A stretch of 64,000 nt of DNA from contig OZ116707.1 in NCBI GenBank assembly GCA_964199315.1, positions 16,244,001 to 16,308,000 of the forward strand, written 5' to 3'. The notes beneath the pieces were generated by a model. The model did no database searches and was not told where the DNA came from. It was given only the letters and a program-made list of their open reading frames with translations. This document shows positions 59,105 through 64,000 of this stretch, piece after piece. Positions within the stretch are counted from its first letter, which is position 1, and each line of letters opens with the position of its first letter. Made by a program: the position numbers and the translations under genes. This DNA comes from Orbicella franksi (taxonomy: Eukaryota).

Positions 59105-62100
59105 ATGGAATCGACCGAAGCGACTGATGGCGGTCGCCATCTTGGCCATTTGGATTCAGCTCGTACTGTGAGTACTAACATTGTTACTTTAAAAAACAAA
59201 CGGGCAGCCGTCAAAAGAAGGATCACGAACACGTTGAAGAAATTAGAGTCCACCATTGAACAGTATGGTCGAAAAGCGATTATACGTGGATATGTCAACA
59301 ACTTGCAGGAATATCTTAACGAAGCGAAAGGCCTCAATGATGAACTCGTCTCAGTGATCCCAGAGAACGAGCACGAAGCCGCAATAGATTGGTATGAAGA
59401 ACAACTCAATAGAGTCGAAGACGCTAAACTTCAGGCCAACGCACATCTTGACGAGAGGGCAGAGGAAAGTTCTAGCGGATTAAGCTCGGTGAAATCATGG
59501 AAAACTTCTTCGACAAGAAATGTCTCCCAAGCGGCCGAAATTCGCGCCAAAATTACTTCAGCAGAAATTAAAGCAAAACAACTTGCCTTGGAGGAACAGC
59601 GAAGAAGAGAGGAGATCGAAAAACAACTGGAGGTTAAAAGGAAACTTGAACTTGTCCAAGATGAAGCTCAAAGGCTAAAATTCATGGCTGAAGAAAGAAG
59701 AAAGACTCAGGAAGCCAAGGACGAGGCTGCACACCTTGCAGCAGAAGCAGCAGTGTTACAAAAGGTACAAAATGAAGTTAATGATCCGGAAGCTTTGTCT
59801 AATCGATTGCTTGATTTTGAGGATGATTCATTGAAATTTGTTCCATCATCTAATCATGATGAACCGTTAACAATAATTCCTCCACTACTCCCTGGTTCGT
59901 TGCAAGGAACTGGAGCAAATCATGGAACTGCATTGCCACCTGACAACCCTACAAAAGTTGTTACACCTTCACCTTTGTTACAACAGCCAAAGTCAGCTGT
60001 TTCATTTATTGCACCTCAGGGCACGAAAAAACCTAATGAAACATTGCCTTTGTATCACTCGTGGATTGGAGATTTACAAAGTGGAGTACAGCATCCAGCT
60101 TTAACTAGTACGGACAACCGAAAAACAACCATTTGTGGTCATTCTACTCGTGACTCTCTTCCAAAGTTACGCCTAAGTAAGTTTGATGGTGACCCTTTAC
60201 ACTGGTCTGATTGGTCCTCAATGTTTAAATCAATTGTTCATGATGCTAATCTGTCCCTTAATGGCAAAATGCAACATCTTCAGAACTCTGTTATTGGTAA
60301 AGCTAAGTCTGCAATTGAAGGATATGGATACAGTGGAGATTCCTACTATGAAGCACTGAAAGAACTGGAATCCAGATTTGGCAAACCTTCCCTTGTTGTG
60401 AAAGTCACACTTGACAAACTGAAAAAAACAGCTCGATTACAAAATGACAAACCTCAAGAAGTGAGAAATCTGTCAGATGTTGTGTCAACTACTGTGTGGA
60501 CATTTAAGAAGTTTGGATATGAAAGTGATCTGAAAGCAGAAGCTAATGTTTCCCTTGCCGTTGACAAACTGTCCCAGGAGCTCAAAATCAAATGGAAGGA
60601 CAACACCAAAGCTACCAAACTGGAACGTCCTAGTCTTGATGACTTCAGTGTGTGGTTAAAAGGTCAGGCAGATATTTATGATGATTGTTGTTACCCAAAA
60701 ATGTCAAGTAAGTTTCCATTCCAATCTCATAAGAAACCTCGGTCTGGTGGATCAAATGGAATGACTGAAAAACAGAACACTTTCTCAAGTAACATTTCAC
60801 CTCGCCCCAGGCCAACAAAGTCCTCTTGCATTATGGGTGATGGGCAGGAACACAAGTTATCTTCTTGTCCCAAGTTTAAGGCTCTAAGTGTGGAAGAACG
60901 CCTAAATGAAGTACAGAAACATAAGTTGTGCTTTTGTTGCCTCAGTCCTCGACATTGGCTTAGCAATTGTTCAAATCAAAAACAGTGTGGTGTAAATGGG
61001 TGTACGCGATCACACAATGCTCTGTTGCACAACTTGAGAAATGTTTCGGTGGAAAGCAGTGATGCAGTGTCTGCTATTAACCCAGTAGCACAAGCCGAAG
61101 TTGGTTCGTCTACTGAACATTCTAACACATCTCACAGAAGCAGTCACACCTCTGTTCTGTTACAAGTAGTACCAGTAACCCTCTATGGTCCAAAGGGATA
61201 TTTCAACACATATGCTATGCTGGACACCGGAAGCACTTGCAGCTTGCTGTTAGTAGATGTTGCTGGAAGACTTGGTTTGGATGGTCCTTTGGAAAGTGTG
61301 GTCTTAAATGGAATTCAGAAAACATCTGAGCTTATGACAAAGCGTGTTAATGTACAAGTCAGCCGATTGAATGACTTTGGTACCCAATTTGATGTGAATG
61401 GAGTTCTTGTAGTTGATCACCTGAATGTGCCAGAGAAGAAAGTGAAACTTGATGAGCTACAAGAAAGATGGCCACACCTATCAGACTTGGAGCTGACTGA
61501 AGTCGCTGGGACTCAAGTCACTTTGCTCCTTGGTAGTGATGTCCCGGAACTTATTGTTCCCCTGGAAACTCGACATGGTCCAAAGGGTTCCCCTGTTGGT
61601 GTTCGCACTAGGATTGGATGGACTGTTACTGGTCGCTTACCTGGCCATATTCAAGAATGTGAATCTGTTTGTAAAGTTCATGTGGCGACTCCGGATGAGG
61701 AACTCAATGACACCGTAAAAACTTGGTGGCGAACAGAGAACTTTGGTTGTCGTTATGACAATGATACCCAGCGCTCAGTTGAAGATGAAAGAGTCATGAA
61801 ATTCTTGAATGAAAGTACACGTAAGGTGGATGGTCGTTATGAGGTTCCTTTGATTTGGCGTGATGACAAAGTCAAACTTACTGACAATTTTGCTGCAGCT
61901 GCTCAACGTCTGAATTTTCTGGAGAAGAAGCTTAATCGTAATCCCGAGTTGGCAGAAAGATACAGGAAAACTATTGACATGGATATGGAAAAGGGATACA
62001 TCAAAAAGCTTACTAAGGAGAAAGCAACTGCACCAGCCATGCGCAAATGGTACCTTCCTCACCACCCTGTTCTGAACCCCAAGAAACCTGAGAAGGTTCG

Positions 62101-64000
62101 TCGAGTATGTGATGCCACTGCAAAGTTTCAAGGCTCATCATTAAACAGCCAACTTCTTAGTGGCCCAGATTTGCTGAACAACCTTGTTGGAATTTTCATG
62201 AGGTTTCGAGAAGAAAAGGTTGCGCTTTCAGGAGACATTGAAGCGATGTTTAACCAAGTTGCTGTCCCAGAAGAAGATCAAGCTTCCCTTCGATTTCTGT
62301 GGCGTCAATCTCCTGAATCATTGACAGAAGTCTACCAGTATGTGCGTCACATATTTGGAGCCAAATGTGCGCCAACCTGTGCTAACTATGCTCTATTGAG
62401 AAGTGCAGAAGATAATGAGAAGCAGTTTCCGAATGCTGCCTTTGCCATAAAGCGAAACTTTTACATGGATGACCTTTTCAAGTCTGTTAAATCAAGTGAT
62501 CAAGCTCTGGAACTGCAACAAGAACTTGTTGAAATGCTAAACAAAGCAGCTTTTCACTTGACCAAGTGGATCTCTAATGAGACAGAAGTGATAGAGCGAA
62601 TACCAGAATCGGAAAGAGCGCCCTCTATCAAGGTTGTGGAGGAAAGCATCGTAATGCCTATGGAACGTGCTCTTGGTGTCGTTTGGGATACCAGCTCAGA
62701 TTGTTTTGTCTATGAAGTGGTGAAGAGAGACATTGCGGACACGCGTCGGAAGATTCTGAGCTTGATAGCATCCCTCTTTGATCCGATTGGATTTCTAGCT
62801 CCATTTCTGGTCAGAGCAAAAATCTTCCTCCAGCATGTGTGGCAGTTAGGTATTGGATGGGATGATGCACTGCCACCAGAGTTTCTAAAGGAGTGGTCCA
62901 AATGGCAGGAAGAGCTGGATGGAATTGCACAGTTTCACATTCCCCGTTTCTATCGTCACATACCAGACAACCCGTCTGTTATTGACCTTCACATCTTTGG
63001 AGATGCCAGTGAACAAGCATTTTGCGCAGTGGCTTATTTCAGATTCTGCTATGTCAGTGGGGCAGTGCGATGTGCATTTGTTACAGCGAAGACTCGGGTA
63101 GCCCCGAAGAAACCCTTGAGCATCCCAAGGCTTGAACTGCAGGCTGCTGTTTTGGGTGCAAGATTGGCTGCTGTAGTGATTAAGGAACATGATTACATCA
63201 TTGATTCCACCTATTATTGGACAGACAGCAGTACTGTGTTTCAGTGGATTCGTGGAGTGTCTAAGCGCCACCCCGCCTTTATTGCTAATAGAATTGGAGA
63301 GATCCTGGACAGCACCGAACCCAACCAATGGAACCACTGTCCTGGACAGATAAATCCTGCAGATGATGGCAGCAGGGGACTTCCAGTGAGCTCTATTACT
63401 TCTGGGAGTCGTTGGGTAAATGGCCCTGCCTTCTTACACTTACCTGAAGAGAGATGGCCAAAGGAAAATGCAAAGCTTGAAATTCCCAAGCCGTCCAATG
63501 ATGACCCACAAGCCCAAGAAATGGCCATTACTTGGACTGGTGTGGTGAAAGGTTCAAAGAACGATTTCTTATCTCCAGCGAAATACTCATCTCTAACAAA
63601 GCTTCTCAGAGTAACTGCTTACCTGAAACAGTTTATATATAACTGTAAGCACCCCAAATCTGAACGTCACATTGGTTCTTTGTTGGTTGAAGAGATGGAG
63701 CAAGCTCGAAAGTTTTGGATCTGCATTGCCCAAGCAGAATCCTTTCCTCAAGAAGTTGCAGTTCTCAAGTCGAAACAGCATGTTTCAAGCAAGAGCAAAC
63801 TGGTATCTCTCTCACCATTCCTTGATGGGCATGGAATCATTCGTGCAGGTGGTCGAATTGAGAGAGCCGATATTCCATTTTACAGTCGTCACTCTGTGGT
63901 ACTAGCACCAGATCATGAGTTGACCCGTCTCATCATCATGAACTGTCACGAGAAATTGAAACATGGAGTGGACCAAGTACGAAATGAGTTGAGACAACAG
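59105..64000 (+). CDS. BEL/Pao gag-pol polyprotein, 3'-incomplete (>1630 codons); absent from the ORF track, consistent with no stop in the window
   Basis: MESTEATDGG...; LPKLRLSKFDGDPLHWSDW (DUF1759-like); CFCCLSPRHWLSNC and CGVNGCTRSHNALLH knuckles; MLDTGSTCS protease; FYMDDL RT; HIFGDASEQAF RNase H; last codons CHEKLKHGVDQVRNELRQQ are in the same frame as the ATG. Confidence 0.88.
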   Translation, partial: MESTEATDGGRHLGHLDSARTVSTNIVTLKNKRAAVKRRITNTLKKLESTIEQYGRKAIIRGYVNNLQEYLNEAKGLNDELVSVIPENEHEAAIDWYEEQLNRVEDAKLQANAHLDERAEESSSGLSSVKSWKTSSTRNVSQAAEIRAKITSAEIKAKQLALEEQRRREEIEKQLEVKRKLELVQDEAQRLKFMAEERRKTQEAKDEAAHLAAEAAVLQKVQNEVNDPEALSNRLLDFEDDSLKFVPSSNHDEPLTIIPPLLPGSLQGTGANHGTALPPDNPTKVVTPSPLLQQPKSAVSFIAPQGTKKPNETLPLYHSWIGDLQSGVQHPALTSTDNRKTTICGHSTRDSLPKLRLSKFDGDPLHWSDWSSMFKSIVHDANLSLNGKMQHLQNSVIGKAKSAIEGYGYSGDSYYEALKELESRFGKPSLVVKVTLDKLKKTARLQNDKPQEVRNLSDVVSTTVWTFKKFGYESDLKAEANVSLAVDKLSQELKIKWKDNTKATKLERPSLDDFSVWLKGQADIYDDCCYPKMSSKFPFQSHKKPRSGGSNGMTEKQNTFSSNISPRPRPTKSSCIMGDGQEHKLSSCPKFKALSVEERLNEVQKHKLCFCCLSPRHWLSNCSNQKQCGVNGCTRSHNALLHNLRNVSVESSDAVSAINPVAQAEVGSSTEHSNTSHRSSHTSVLLQVVPVTLYGPKGYFNTYAMLDTGSTCSLLLVDVAGRLGLDGPLESVVLNGIQKTSELMTKRVNVQVSRLNDFGTQFDVNGVLVVDHLNVPEKKVKLDELQERWPHLSDLELTEVAGTQVTLLLGSDVPELIVPLETRHGPKGSPVGVRTRIGWTVTGRLPGHIQECESVCKVHVATPDEELNDTVKTWWRTENFGCRYDNDTQRSVEDERVMKFLNESTRKVDGRYEVPLIWRDDKVKLTDNFAAAAQRLNFLEKKLNRNPELAERYRKTIDMDMEKGYIKKLTKEKATAPAMRKWYLPHHPVLNPKKPEKVRRVCDATAKFQGSSLNSQLLSGPDLLNNLVGIFMRFREEKVALSGDIEAMFNQVAVPEEDQASLRFLWRQSPESLTEVYQYVRHIFGAKCAPTCANYALLRSAEDNEKQFPNAAFAIKRNFYMDDLFKSVKSSDQALELQQELVEMLNKAAFHLTKWISNETEVIERIPESERAPSIKVVEESIVMPMERALGVVWDTSSDCFVYEVVKRDIADTRRKILSLIASLFDPIGFLAPFLVRAKIFLQHVWQLGIGWDDALPPEFLKEWSKWQEELDGIAQFHIPRFYRHIPDNPSVIDLHIFGDASEQAFCAVAYFRFCYVSGAVRCAFVTAKTRVAPKKPLSIPRLELQAAVLGARLAAVVIKEHDYIIDSTYYWTDSSTVFQWIRGVSKRHPAFIANRIGEILDSTEPNQWNHCPGQINPADDGSRGLPVSSITSGSRWVNGPAFLHLPEERWPKENAKLEIPKPSNDDPQAQEMAITWTGVVKGSKNDFLSPAKYSSLTKLLRVTAYLKQFIYNCKHPKSERHIGSLLVEEMEQARKFWICIAQAESFPQEVAVLKSKQHVSSKSKLVSLSPFLDGHGIIRAGGRIERADIPFYSRHSVVLAPDHELTRLIIMNCHEKLKHGVDQVRNELRQQ

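Larger units (their letters stand above)
58802..64000 (+). mobile_element. BEL/Pao LTR retrotransposon, 5' part (continues past the window)
   Basis: 5' LTR 58802-59023 (tgttaccgc...gcggcaaca); PBS TGGTCCTTCGAGCCGGAT at 59029; long ORF with BEL domain order. Confidence 0.93.

Noticed and set aside
1-64000. Prokaryotic operon, prophage or rRNA locus
   Set aside because: Spliceosomal introns, LTR elements and eukaryotic DNA transposons occur throughout; no rRNA-like or operon-like sequence was seen

Overview
Eukaryotic, AT-rich, intron-containing DNA; no unambiguous host gene was found. The repeat families look like those of cnidarians (probably a stony coral; this is inference). The window is a nest of transposable elements, and several boundaries can be read from terminal repeats plus target-site duplications (TSDs). 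In order: (1) a spliced two-exon P-loop/DUF3987-like helicase-type gene (1039-3357) followed by a 75-bp tandem array; (2) a Mutator-like deletion derivative (4580-7050); (3) an EnSpm/CACTA element (8610-22843, TSD AG) with a transposase and a divergently transcribed multi-exon BEN-domain gene; (4) a Gypsy element inside an exon of that BEN gene (12409-17074, TSD CCTTT) whose 5'LTR-gag block is inverted; (5) a decayed PIF/Harbinger element; (6) a possible Sola3 relic; (7) a large Sola1 element (31956-50102, TSD ATTT) with a DDD transposase and a five-exon BEN-domain gene, carrying (8) a very young Gypsy (40289-47959, 1073-bp LTRs identical by eye, TSD CAGA, 1438-aa pol ending in a hydrophobic tail); (9) a CR1/L2 3' end; (10) an OTU-bearing Helitron relic; (11) an older, internally deleted Gypsy (53925-58101, TSD ATAA); (12) a kinase pseudogene cut by (13) a BEL/Pao element whose ORF stays open from 59105 to the window edge. 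Most notable: two unrelated cut-and-paste superfamilies each carry a spliced accessory gene of similar architecture ending in a BEN domain, alongside subterminal motif arrays; the inverted Gypsy; and the intron-containing DUF3987-like gene. Domain names come from motif recognition by eye, not database searches.
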